From: Cirrosporium novae-zelandiae | Lineage: Eukaryota | DNA: 64,000 bases | Assembly (NCBI GenBank): GCA_026023565.1 | Contig: JAPETS010000002.1 | Location: forward strand, 1,302,001-1,366,000 | Direction: 5' to 3' | Program-made: the position numbers and the translations under genes | Notes under the pieces: model-generated | Databases searched by the model: none | The model's input: the letters and a program-made list of their open reading frames with translations, nothing else | Told to the model about the DNA's origin: nothing | Shown here: positions 22,270 to 37,367 of the stretch, piece after piece | How positions within the stretch are numbered: position 1 is the stretch's first letter | Layout of the letters: every line of letters starts with the position of its first letter

Positions 22270-25200
22270 TCATTGGTATTTCAAGAGCAGGTCAAACATG
22301 ACCTTGTTATCTTCACGATACGCATCGCCGTATTCTTTTGCAGTAGCCGCTCGACCAGAAGCAGTATCCCATTTTGAAGAAGATGAAAACGTAATCTCTT
22401 TATCGGTTCGTACCATTTGTTTCCTTGCGATGTCCAGGGCTGTTTGGCCGGAGCTATCCCCGGAATCTTTTATCCCCAACTCGAGGAGGACCGCTAGTTC
22501 GTCTACTGCTCGTCTGAGAGTCGTCAGGTGTAGTGGCGTATAACCATTCAGGTCTGAGGTTATGCTCGTTCCCTTCTTAAGCAGAAGCCGGATTATTCTT
22601 TTAACATCTTCTTTCCTGTACTTGCCGATAGAGCAGTGGAGGGCTGTTTGTTGTCTCCTATTTTTGGCGTTGGGGTTCGCGCCTCGCTCTAGGAGCAATT
22701 TTAAAATCCAGTAACTCCATCCTTTAGAGGCCGCTCGATGTAAAGCCGTATTTCCGTGCTTGTCGGTAGCATTGATATCTGCGCCATAATCTAATAATCC
22801 CTGTACTGTGCGTTCGGCATCAAGGGCGTCAGAAGATACTGCGGTTAGAAGTGGTGTTGATTCTATGCAATCTCTGGCTTCAATATCAGCCCCATGTAGC
22901 AGCAATAGCAACACAACTGTACTTTGGCCATGAGCTGCGGCTAGATGCAGAGCTGTTTCTCGGTGTCCATGAGTCCTAGACTCTAGAGGTGCTCCGGAGT
23001 TGATAAGTATTTTGACAGTCTCCTCATTCCCATGCTCTGACGCTCGATGCAATGCATTTGCACCACCTTCATCTAATTTTCCAATTATTGCATCTTGCTG
23101 GAACTGCTCCAAATATAGAGTTACTAACCCGTCTAACCCTAGGAATGCTGCTGCGGTAAATCCATCCCGTAGCCTTTGGCGAATAGTCTCTTTCGGGCTC
23201 ACCAGCAAACAAAGTCTATTGAATTCCCCGGATTGCGCTTTACATATCCGACGTACAGGATCGAGAAGTGTAGCTTTGTATTCAGACCCAGTCATTTGGT
23301 AATGAGTAGCCACATTCATGGCGGCATAGTCTAGAAATGCGTGCTTTAGCTTGCATTCTTTAATGAGACGAAGATTCATTTCTCCATATTTGAATTGATG
23401 TGTCTTGAAAGGGCCGGTCTGAAAGTCTGAGAATAACAGATAGGACACACAAGCCATTCCTAAGGTAAAGTGAGCTTTAGCAAGGCTGATCGACTTACAC
23501 CAAGATGTTGGGTTCGGAGAGGGATGTGCTATCATGATTGGCGATTGGGTGACTAGAAACTCTTTCGCAGTCTGGTGAATGAGATAAACCTTGGAATGAA
23601 TCACTCTTACAAAAAGATTGCAAAGAGCTTTCAGTGTACTGTCCATGTCTGGTTCAAGGTCCAGATCTTCGCTTGATAGATTCTCTGGCTGGATAGAGAA
23701 TGCAATATTTAGCTCCTCCACCGTCAATGGACGCGTTGCTGCTATAACAATATTTAAGATCCTCCTTGCATTCTTGATGTCTTTGCTTTGGCTCAGGATT
23801 TTGTCGTATACTTCCGCAAGGGTTGACGGGACCGTGGTGATTAAATTATTGAGAGTTTTTTCATTCGCTCTACCACTTTCTTCAATCAAACCAAGGACAA
23901 GATGCACCCAAAGAAAAGATCCATCAGAGGCCACATATAGGCTTCTTGCTAAGGATAACTGCCTTTCCCTAGGTAGCCGCTTAGAGCGGCCGATCCTTTT
24001 CACTTTATCTCTAATGAAAACGTCAACATCATGTTGTAGATGTGCAGTTTCATTTTCGGCTTGAAGCCTGATTATACCAAGACCAAGTTCTTCAAACTCT
24101 GTCTCGATTGATAGGTAAGGGCGACTAGTGATTAGGATCTTCAAGTGGTAAGACCTCGACGATTCTGGGGTTGAGAAAAGGAGAACCAATGCCTTGATAA
24201 GCTCCAGCCGGTCATCTTCTTTGCATTCATCCAGTCCATCAATCACAATGGTGAGATCATGGCTTCTAGAATCAGAAGCCACTGCTAGTAGGATATTCCA
24301 CAGACTGCTAAACTCAGTTGTAATTTTTTGCCCTTTCATTTGATATTCACCCATCACGTGTTTCAACAGTGTTATATCAAGGGTGAAAAGTTGGTGAAGC
24401 AAAGAACACAACGCCAGCGTTGCGCTATTCTGTTCGTCGTTGTCCTTAAAAAAGAAGTAGCAGACCTTCCTAGGACGGTGCGTTGTTTGAGCAGCTTTCA
24501 TTTCGTCGACAAGAAAAGAAGCTAAAACAGATTTCCCACATCCAGGATCAGCAGAAAACCAAAGAAGATTCGAATTTTCATCTTGTTGCCATTGTTGAAA
24601 GTTTTGATGGCTCAAGACCCACGTACAGGTGCCAGGCGTTGGTGTGGGATTCCTATTCTTTTGCGAATTATAATCACATCTGTACAATGTTCGCAGGCAA
24701 TCTTGCTCCAGTGGCGAGAGTTCGTGGGAATGAACAGTGTCTGATAATACAACTTTTCAGCCATGTTGACATAAGTGAGACTAAATTGGAAAATATGAAA
24801 CTGAGGAGGTTAATAACAACAGTAAAAGCAGACAATTGATATGAAGCACTAGATGCTATCTGCAGCCCCTTCCCCAAGTGACCGATAGACTGCTTGTAGT
24901 ATCACTAATAAAGCCGAGGTTGGGAAAAGAAAGTTGTGAATAGAGAAACTGTCGTTCCTGGTCGACTTTAAAGGGGAATCAGCGAAGTATAGATTTGCAT
25001 AATTTCTACCCGTCGAAAGTAGAGAAGAATAGTATTCGTACACAATATATGAAATCTTGCAGGTTATAGTTAAATGAAACATGTTTTGTTAGAAACATTT
25101 GCCGATAAGAATATGGAGCCGAAAGGGCTAGAAAGATAGATGGCATAGGATTGGAGTATAAAAACAACCGTACAAGTTTTGTTTCATACCTTTAGATGCT

Positions 25201-26480
25201 TTCCAGCGCCTTTGCACAACACTTTCAGCATGATGGGTAAGATCTCGTAGCTGATCCAAAACCGAGTAATACGTTTCTTCAAATTTCGCAAATTTCACCA
25301 GATCGGAATGAGTCTTGCGGATTGCTTGCGTATAATATGATCCGACCTCCCATGCCCGTCCATGGGTTGCTGAAACTCTGTCAACTAAAATTACGGGAGG
25401 CCCCGTCATATTCCATATACCATTAAAATGATGTGCCGATGGCGATTGTTCTGTCTCGTAGTAAGAGATGATTATAGAGTCTCGAGAATCAAATTCTTTA
25501 TTGAATTCTCGACTAAGACGTCTAAGTTCACCCGAACCTCTCCGTAAAGTCATCAACAGCGGCAGGTTTGGCTGCGACTCGGTCATCGGGATGAGGGAAT
25601 TTATGTCCATTCCTTGATTTGGAACGCCAAAGAAGAGGATCCCAAGTGTTGATGCAAAATTTGATCTATCAATGTCGTTTCCCTGCTTCATTTGGATTAA
25701 TGCTTCTTTGATGATCAATCCGCCAAGACTATGTCCAATGAATATGATGGGCTTTGGTAAGGCATCACCAATTTGCCTGCGTACAGCTCGTAGAGCTGTG
25801 CGAAATGAGGAAGCAATTGCTTCAATATCTTGAAACGAGTTGCTGTTTGGTAAATGTGCGTCGTATCCGTACAGAAGCACCCGAGCACATCCAAGATCAT
25901 TAATTAGGCTATCTCTTAACCATAAGTGATTTCCTTTACGTTCCTTGAATGATCCAAGAGCATGCCCACCCAATCCCGATATTGCAATACAGTCAACCCT
26001 GTGGTCACGTTCGTCATTGAAAGAGTTGAGTGGAGTGAAACCATAGAAGTCGCAATCGATAGAAACAGAAGTCGGGAGAATAGTATATTCATGATCATCA
26101 AGACACGGTCGCCTTGGTGGTTCCGGGACAGGAGGCTTGTACCATGAATGAATGTTTGTGGAAGGTGGTGTCTGATAGAAGCTGACAGTTGCAACCTGGA
26201 GGACTTGGTTTCTGGGATCAGAGGCGAGGGAATGAATAGTGAGATTAGAAAGCGAGAGGCCGTGTAATAGATACTTTTTGACAGCAATTTGATCGAAACC
26301 CAAAGGGATGCCTTGAACGCGGTATGTTTTTAAATAGCTTGAGTTGGCTGCTGGAGATCTTGAAGCTCTAAGAACTGGAGAGGTTCTAAAATTCTCTCGG
26401 CTTGCTCGCAACTCTAGCATTGGTGTTTTGGGACTGCTTGAAAGTCTATCAATGCAGCTAGAAGACGATAGTAGATTCAT
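22270..26480 (-). CDS. Fungal NLR: SesB-like alpha/beta hydrolase - NACHT - ankyrin repeats, about 1253 aa
   Basis: Exon 26480-25190 (alternative ATG at 26420): 'DCIAISGLGGHALGSF', 'RVLLYGYD', nucleophile 'IFIGHSLGGLIIK', 'THSDLVKF'. Phase-1 intron GTATGA..CAG at 25189-24741. Exon 24740-22270: 'PGTCTWVL', Walker A 'ADPGCGKS', Walker B 'IVIDGLDEC', 'ILITSRP', 'LIHQTAKEFL', then about 7 ankyrin repeats. The single-intron model is frame-compatible but unproven. Confidence 0.85.
25003..25021. mobile_element. Solo MITE terminal inverted repeat inside the NLR intron
   Basis: TTTCTACCCGTCGAAAG|TA matches the right end of the 17109-17267 element at 18 of 19 positions. I could not locate its partner end. 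Confidence 0.55.
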
Positions 26481-27083
26481 AGCTAACAAACAGCTGGGAT
26501 GGATACGAGTCAAACAAAAACAGTACAAAACAAACCATTATTGATACTATGTCATCATTAAATAAGTAACGGTGAACAACTTAGCTAAAGAAATGTTATT
26601 GGATCTAGATGTATGCTGGTAACTGTGAGAGGCTGAAACCCGTCAGGCTGAAATCGACGGTAAACATGATGAAGTGTAAGACAAAGTAGAGTCTAGACAC
26701 TTCTGAGGCTGAGCCATCTCAGAGTACAGGGGAAATGTTTGCAGGGCAGGTTTCCTCGGAACGAATCATGTGAAGCATTTACAACAGCACATGAGCTGTT
26801 TCCTATGCTCTGAAAGCCGACATAGTAAGGTGATGGAGTGCGTAGCAATCAAAAGCAAATAATAGCGGAGGAACATTGGCACGATTGGCCCGGGCCTACA
26901 ATTTTCCTACCTCATCACGTGGTCATCCACCAAATTTAAGACAAGGGATATGATATTTCCCAGATCATGCATTTCCAAGTACATCTGGATCTTCCTACTC
27001 CAAAGTCATATTTAAATCTATATTCATTACATATATCATCAACTGCACAATCTCTAACTTCAAGTGCTTGTATTATATATTCC

Positions 27084-29127
<2,044 letters not shown>

Positions 29128-31130
29128 GGCTGCTGTATATAGCTGATAGGTGGATATAGTAACGGATGCGTTTCTACGGATACGTGGAAGGTAATCAGAA
29201 TAGGAATGAATATCTAGAAGTGATTTTGAGCAGAGCTGGCAGCGTCTTTGAATAAGTGATACTGAAGCAATTAGATTTTGGTAATTTTGATAGCAATAGA
29301 TGAAAGGTCAGCTCGGAGGACGGCAAACCGGCTAAAAGAGAAAGAGTTTTCAATCATCTCATCTACTGACACAAGTTCCAGCAAATTCCACAACTGAATA
29401 ATATCTCCATATTAAAGCATTCAATACGATATGAGACCCGATATTATCTCAGGTGACGAGCTCTAGCCCCATCAAGGGAAAGTCTTGATCATTATAGATA
29501 TCTCGTTAATCTCATCTGAAGTTCGGCTTAGGACCAGGAACACCTTTCGGATGATGTAAAGACTGTTCATAATTATTTTACTCCTTCAGGATTGCCAAGG
29601 TTAGCCCAAGGCTTTCAAATTTTTCAAGGTAGGCGAAAGACGAGAGCATAGGCCTCCATCCCCAATAATTCCCCAGATCCTTCTCAGACCAATAAATGAT
29701 GGAGGGAAAACAGGGGGAATGTGGGTTACAGTGGAGGATTTCCTTAAACTGTGAGGTTAAAGATGGACCATTAGCCAAAGTTCATCAAACAATTAATTAA
29801 ATAATTAACGGGGGAGAGTAATTCCTCCAAGGGCAAGTTAGAAAACATTGGAAGCAAAAGATTGGTGGAATAGTTACATTACCACATGTTGTCTACTCGT
29901 ACCAAGAATATAAAAAAGGGCAAGATAGGATTAGTTCAATTGAAGTCATTTTGGCTAGACGTGCCAGAGTTATTTTTCCGTATCGTCACAAGCTTAAAAG
30001 AAACATTATCAACCAATCGGGGAACGGAGAAAGTTAAGCCGAGCTAGCCAGTAGCGGTAACAAGTAAACGATAGCGCTGTAACGTCTTGTCATCCTTTAC
30101 ATGTCGGTATCAAGCATATTTCCACCACTCCACCAGGCCAACCGCTTCACAGCTTCACAGCTTTACAGCCTCACAACCTCACAATCTCACAGCTTCTCTC
30201 GCATTCTCCCTAGCTTGTTATAAGTGGAATATTCACCTTGCTTTTGTCTGCACCAAGCCACTTCAAGCAATCTTCCTACTATCTACTACGTATGAACTAC
30301 GGCACATGCAGAGGCCATTATGTTTTTTTTGTACAAAGAATGCATTGTAAATCGTTTCGGTCTAGGAGCCGAACCACTCTCCTGGATAATATCCATCACT
30401 ACGATCTATTGAAGAAACCAGCATCAATATATCAACAATAAAAACGCTGTAATTTTTTGAGATTGTTTGGGGAACTTATGCTTATACCTCCCTCTCATTC
30501 TTCTCGGGGAAGGAGGAAAGATTGAAAATGATAACGGAGAGATTCTGGACATTCTACGTTGAATTATCCCCGGGATCTCTCATAATCTCTAACCAACAAT
30601 CATCCAGAGTTTCCATTTTAAGTCCCCCACCGGACCCCCAGTTTAACCCCGCTTCGGTACTGCATCCCTGGGTCTTTGATGAGCATCTTTGGGGTTGTGC
30701 AGCTAGTGCCCCGGCCAATACCCCGAATTTCTCTACTTCCCCGTCCCCATCTACAATGAGAACAACGGAGAGAGGAGAGATCCTGGATTCTAGTAATTAA
30801 GGCAAATGGTGACTTCCTACAACCAAGCTGACTTGTTAATATGTTAGCCTTCGGCTTGCAAGACATTGACGCGACTTGTGATCGCCATGTGCCAACAAGG
30901 ACATAGTTTGATAGGCACTACCATTTACTACTCCAATATCAGGAGACGGGATCAGATTCACTAGGTCCAGGCGTCTAGGTGAACCCTATCATCTTCCCTC
31001 ATAAACCCCTTCCCTTCCCCATGGGTTCAAGGATTTTTCTCTCCAGGCTCGTCTTCCCATATCTGCCTCCTGTTGATATAGGTTATCGATATTCCCAACC
31101 ATAAATTGTCCGCATAATATAATAGTCACC
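29128..31130. promoter_or_regulatory. Shared divergent promoter with XlnR/AraR-type GGCTA(A/G) sites and CreA-type SYGGRG sites
   Basis: CGGCTAAA at 29329-29336; TTAGCC at 29601, 29771 and 30844; CTAGCC/GGCTAG at 29463 and 29953. SYGGRG matches include 29671 (CCCCAG), 29731 (GTGGAG), 30647 (CCCCGC) and 31041 (CTCCAG). The motifs are short, so some will be chance. Confidence 0.45.
30144..30196 (+). repeat. Degenerate 8-nt tandem repeat (GCTTCACA) x about 6
   Basis: gcttcaca gcttcaca gctttaca gcctcaca acctcaca atctcaca gcttc. Confidence 0.65.
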
Positions 31131-32838
31131 ATGCCGTGGTTAACACCCAAGTGGTATCAGGTATACTCTTTTGCTCCGTCTCAATTTATCTGCCTGGTAT
31201 GTTAAATGGCTAAATTCTTCAATTAGTTCCTGATCAGCGTGTTCGCCTCGCTTGGATCGTTTATGTATGGATGTAAGCTTTAAAAGGTTTTCCAAGCACA
31301 AATCTGAAGTCGAAGTTCTGACCGAGCGCAGATGATCTGGGTGTCGTTGCTGAGGTTGTCGCCTCTGAATCGTTCATATCAAAATTCACCTTGGATAGTG
31401 TAGAGAGGTAATTGAAGACGCTGTCACTGCTAAATGGGATATTTTTCTGATTTTTACTAGCGGTCTTGTTGTGTCTATGTTCACCACTGGTGCTTTCTTC
31501 GGCGCTCTTGGTGCTGGGCCAACTAGTGAACATTTGGGACGTCGCTGGACCATTGTTATTGGTTGTATCGTTTTCCTTATGGGTGGTGGCCTTCAGACTG
31601 GTGCCCGAACCTTGGCTTATCTATACGCCGGACGCTTTTTTGCTGGATTTGGAGTCGGCTATTTGACCATGATTGTTCCCCTTTATCAATCGGAGCTTGC
31701 CCATCCAAGTATTCGTGGTCGTGTGACGGCTCTTCAGCAGTTTATGCTAGGTATAGGCTCTCTATGTGCCTCTTGGATTAGTTACGGCACTTATGTTGGG
31801 TTTGCTCCCACCAACAATGCGCAATGGAGAGTATCATTGGGACTTCAGATGGTTCCTGCCGTGTTCCTCGGCCTACTTATATTCTTATTCCCCGAATCCC
31901 CGCGCTGGTTGCTTGATCACAACAAACCAGAAGAAGGACTCAAGGTTCTTGCCAAACTACATGCGCATGGTGACGTGGATGATGTATTTGTTCGTGCACA
32001 GTACGACCAGATTCAAGATGAAATTACCCATGAACATGAATATGCTGCAAAAACTTGGTCGGAACTATTTACCAATAAGCCTTGCTTCCGTCGAATTATA
32101 CTCACAACCTCGATTCAAGCATCCATTCAAATGACCGGTGTTTCTGCTATCCAATACTATTCGGTTACCATTTACGGTCAAATGGGTATCAACGGTGCAG
32201 ATACCCTAAAATACCAGGCATTCAACAACATCATCGCTATTTTTGCTCAAATTTGCTGCATGCTTACCATCGACCACACTGGTCGACGCTGGACTTTTAT
32301 TGTCGGTAACCTTTGGAACTGCGTATTCTTCATCTCTGCCACCATTATACTTGCCAAGTTTCCCGCTGGTACCGACAACAGTAGTGCCCATTGGGGATTC
32401 ATTGCTTCAACTTGGCTCTACAACTTCTCCTTCTCCTGGTGCAATGGTCCTCTTTCATGGATTATTCCAGCCGAGGTATTTGATACTCGAACACGGGCCA
32501 AGGGTGTTGCCATCGCTACTGCAACCTGCTACGCCTTTAATACCATGATTGGTCAGGTCACCGATACGGCCATGACAACCATCCGTTGGAAGTTCTATTT
32601 CCTGTTTATCGTCTGCAACTTTACGAATGCCATTTGGTTCTGGATGGTCTTACCCGAGACGGCCCAGGTGCCTCTAGAGGAAATGAATTATCTGTTTGAA
32701 CATGCTCCATGGTTTATACCTGGCATCAATCGCGACGACTATCGGCCAAAGGAACTGCAAAAGAAGGTTGAAGATCAAGAAAGGAAGAGGAGTGTTGTAC
32801 AAACCGAATCCGTGGGACCTGAGAAGGAGACGGCTTAG
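31131..32838 (+). CDS. MFS sugar porter (Sugar_tr family), probably a pentose or arabino-oligosaccharide transporter, 509 aa, 4 exons
   Basis: Exons 31131-31160, 31227-31272, 31332-31407, 31461-32838. Motifs 'LGSFMYGYDLG', 'LGRR', 'PLYQSELAHPSIRG', 'PESPRWL', 'QMTGVSAIQYY', 'GPLSWIIPAEVF', 'LPET'. Substrate is inferred from the GH51 neighbour. Confidence 0.92.
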
Positions 32839-33463
32839 ATGTACTAAGCTCTATCTACGTCAGCTCATGCTTGTTAGCCCTCGGGCTACGTATACTGTTC
32901 TCTAATGACATTGCGGCTACCTTTGTGGTCACTAGATGGAGATAATGCTACTTATCATGATTCAATGCTATTACCAATGTCCTTTTCTTCTTCGCGAAGA
33001 GATGACATTTGGTCGATATTTTTCAGGTTTACCTATAGCTTCCAATTATATATACCCCATGATGTACGTAACCACGTAAGGAGAAGAGCAAGAAACATAT
33101 CCAAATAGATATTGAATTCTTGATTATTTAGTGTTGCTTAAGAAATTATTTTGTATGAGTTTTGGCCTATGTCCGCTATAACCTAAAGGGCGACATGCGG
33201 GCAATAAAATAAATAATCACCATGAGTTTGGCTAGTGGAGTCTTGAAATGAATTGTCGTGCTTTGATAGGGCCAATGGGTAGCCTATATTGCTTGGCACC
33301 CAACTTCAATGTTGTCGTGATTGTTTACAAAATTAAGTTTGCTTATTCCAATCTACGACTTTCGCAAACTTAATAACATCACAGCGACAACATTAAGAAT
33401 CCAGATTGGCAGGCGCAATCTGGTAATCCCAGACAAAACGATCGACTGCCCATAGAATCAGGA

Positions 33464-36182
33464 ATGACAAAATCCATTGCAGAGAGACCGCAGGAGGAGT
33501 TATCCTCAGAATGGTAAGGACCATTGCGATTACCCTGCAAGCCAACCAAATATCAACTAATATTTGTATGTATAGGAGTTTTGATGTTAAGGGTCTTGAT
33601 CTTTCAAAGCCAACCGTAAACCCAAAAATCCATCGAGCATGGGAGCGATTTCCAGCAGCATCCAATGTCCGGCGCCCATCCGGCCGCCTGGTTTGGAAAC
33701 GAGCCGGTTCTCATCTTCTACCTCCTCGAAGATCCAACAGGCGCCGTTCTCCACAATCAGGTGTTCAGGAAGGCGACAACGAGGGGCAAGTTATAAAACG
33801 GTTTCGCATTGACAGGGCGCAAAAGGGGCTAGGGTCGCGGAATGGAATGCTGCCATATGTTGGGACCATGGTCTCATTCCCCGAGCAATTGAAAGCTCGT
33901 AAGCGTCTTTTAGAACATTCCTCGAACATTAGAATATCGCAAACTAACCCTAATGCTGCGACATAGGCAAACGCCCTCATCGTGATATGGTACTGCAACC
34001 AAATTTCTCGCCACCTCCAAATGTTATATCAATGAACATTGAAGAGCCCGCGCCTGATGACGATGAAAGGGGCGAATTTGGAGCGACAAGTGCAAACCTG
34101 TCTGCATTTCAGCCCGAGGTTATAAACCTTGAAGAGACAATATTTCGTGATGAAAGTGGGCCGATTGTTAATACCATCCTCGAGCCTCTCAAAGAAAATT
34201 CCCCGCCATCAATTACATCCACAATAGCGCATAAAGAGGATGAACACCAGGGACAGAGGCCTGTTCCACCAACGCCCTTGGCGATAGCGCAAGAAGACCA
34301 AGATAGTGGCAAATATGAAGAAAATGTAAAGGTCAACTTTGCGATATCAGACCCTGTTATTCCAGGGAAGACAGAAAACGGATTTAGCAGACTTATTATC
34401 CAACCGCTAGCGGTTACTGAAAGAGATGGTGACGAAATGTTAAATGAAGAGCCGTCCAAAGAGCAATCTAACCCCGGCCATGCTTTATGTGATGCGAAGG
34501 TGGAAACCAATAAAGAGGAAGATCTATCTGCTTCCTTACCTGCCAATGATGAGTCTGCAAACAGTGAAATACACGAAACTGTTGACATACATCCACAAAC
34601 TCTGTCTAAGCCATCATCTATTATACAGGTCCCAAGTAGTCCTAGAAATAGGGTGAAGTCTCCTGATCTTGAAATGGCATCTGGATCACAGATTCTGTCG
34701 TCGGGTTCGGTGAAATCGGTCTTATTTACTGCGCCTGGAGAATCTACGGAGAGCTTGCAAGATCTAGAAACACCAGAAGCCGTGAACCAGAAAAAAACGA
34801 ATACTCGATCTGACAATGGCCGTGTCGAATCTAATGAAATTGCTTTACAAGGACCACAGCCATTCGTTTCTCACGATGATCAAGATGGAACGTGCACCGG
34901 CATCGTCAAACCTATTGCAGATCTCGACAATACTTTGGTGAACTTGCAATCTTCAGATTGCATACTAGGAGAAGAAAACTTATCAACGTTACATGATCCT
35001 TCATCTCCAGACCGGATTCCCCAGTCACCAGCTGCTGTTCTGCCTAAACTATCTACTATTTCATCTTCAATCATTTCAACAGTACCACGACCATTCGACA
35101 ACCTTACCAGTGAAGATGCGGACATGCTGAAGGATTTCCTACTGCAACACACAAAAGCACGAAAAACGGTGAATTTAGAATCTCCCATTAAAGTAGCAAA
35201 GCCTACATTGATTTCCACGCCTCCTCGTCGTATTCTTGGTCATATAGATCAAAATAGCCCTTCGCCTCGAAAGGAATTGCCCCTAATGCCCGATATTACG
35301 AAACCAGATATGAATGAAGTAGACAAGGAATCTCATATTCCCCATCCACCTGCTCCTGGACCTTTCCATGAGCAAGAAAATATCCCCACTCCGCACTCTC
35401 CTCGCCGTAGCACCCGAACACGCAAGCAAGTCCTTCCAAAATATTTCCCAGAACCCCCAACCCATATACCAATGCTTTGGAAGAGCCGTCACGAGAATAC
35501 CTCTGCAATAACGGATCAGACTGAAGCGCATCGATTAACCGTGCTTACCAAAGCAAATACCAGACACAACCGAGGAAAGTCGAAGCCACCACAACAGATG
35601 CTGAAGATATTGATCGCAGACACTTTACACGAGCAGCAGCTAGAGGAAAATGGAGAAGAAATTAAGGCAGCAGAGAAAGAAGGCTCCAAGAGTGTAACAT
35701 GGAAGGAGGAACTCGTGGAATTTGCAGAAGAACACGATCTAATATCACCATCAGAGTCCGAAACAGAAACAGAGGAGCCCGAGCCTGCAGCAGTGGAAAG
35801 GCCCAAAAGAAAAATGAAAAGACTCAAAGCTCAAGGATCGGTAAATGGGACACCTGCATCGAAGCAGAAGACCAAGACCAAGAAAAAAGGTCAAAGAAAG
35901 ATCAGTCCTGAATCTTCTACTGCCACTACATCTGCAACTAGTAGCACATCCTCTATAAAGAAAAGAAAGAAGTCAACGACAAAGAAACACAAAACTACCC
36001 CAGCCACGCTTACGCTCACGACGGCAGCGGCAGATGGTGATGGTGATGATGATGGCAATGAAGAGGGTGGAGAGGGCAGCACCGACTTGGTATCGGCATC
36101 TGGATCCGGGTCCGGATTGGGCAGTCCAATCAAGAAGAAAAGAAGGTCTCTGAGAAGCCATATTCCCGTGCATGTTTCATGA
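33464..36182 (+). CDS. Hypothetical, largely disordered acidic/Pro-rich protein with basic NLS-like C-terminus, about 862 aa, 3 exons
   Basis: Exons 33464-33513, 33576-33898, 33967-36182, joined by GTAAGG..CTAAT..TAG and GTAAGC..CTAAC..TAG introns with consistent frame. Conserved-looking patches 'IHRAWER..VWKR', 'DADMLKDFL', 'LTKANTRHNRG', 'KSVTW'. Confidence 0.75.
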
Positions 36183-36790
36183 TGTGGAATTTTTATTTAC
36201 ATGACATGACATGATTGTGGCATAGCATCGAGATGAGAAGTGATGAGATGAGATGAGATGTATATAGAAAGAATGTCATGATTTGATGAATAAGGGAGTT
36301 TTGGGACGTGGTGGGGGGGAGAGGGATGGGGTGCAGTGCGGATGGAAGTGAGGGTTAGAATTGATTGGGTTTTATTTTTTTGATACTGGATAACCCAATG
36401 CTCATAATAATACCCATGGGTGGATGGATGTATGGATTTTTCGATGGTATAATTAATATAATATTATTTTTACTACTTATACTCCTCCTATTGAGATAGT
36501 AAACCAGTTATGTAAACACCCACCCACCCACACAAAGAATCTAACAAGTTTGTCACAAATCTATCTGCTTCCAATCACTCCTCCCTCTTCCCTCTTCCTT
36601 TTTGTTTTCACTATTACCCCATTACTTCAAGCCAAAATCAAAATTTCTATATATTTTATATTTTATATATATACTCACTTGGCTTGCGAATAGATTTTGG
36701 GATTGCGGGGGATTGCGGGGGATATGCGAATTGGAAGTAGGAAGTAGGGAATGAATTGTTGATATCTTGAATATCTTGAATATCGTGGGC

Positions 36791-36862
36791 ATGTATGTAT
36801 GTATGTATGTATGTATGTATGTATGTATGTATGTATGTATGTATGTATGTATGTATGTATGT
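36791..36862 (+). repeat. (ATGT)18 microsatellite
   Basis: Perfect tetranucleotide run between two convergent genes. Confidence 0.95.
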
Positions 36863-37367
36863 ATATATTCATAAGTATATATATACCTATCCTATTTGGA
36901 CCCCATTATCATTCCCATTCCAATTGCAGTTGAAATAACGGACCCCATGACTCCATAACCACCCATCGCCATCATACATCCCATATGGGTTCCAAAAAAA
37001 AGAAAAAGATAACCAGAATCAAATAACACAAACACCAACCTATCCACCTATCCATCCGCCTAACCAGATTGAAGATTTTTTGCGTGTCTTTCGTGTTTTG
37101 GAGATCTCCCCTTTTTTGTAGTATTTTTTTCGTGCCATATGGTTACCCACCTGCCGGCCCGCTTCCATGGGGATATATATATATATAGGGTAGAGGTAGG
37201 AATTCCATACACCCATAGTCCCATACGCCTATGTGCCCCCATAATACCTATCAATGAATCGAGAGCCGCTCTGGTGAGCGAGCCAGTGAACAAGGTCACT
37301 CACCAGCCATCCTGGAATAGAAGCCATTGTCCAAATAGCTTCTGCCATACCTGGCGCAGCCTATCCC

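Noticed and set aside
26666..26706. C-box ATGATGA, hairpin (GAAGTGT/ACACTTC) and D-box CTGA, resembling a C/D snoRNA or K-turn
   Set aside because: Only about 40 nt long, with no terminal stem and no room for a guide sequence; likely chance.
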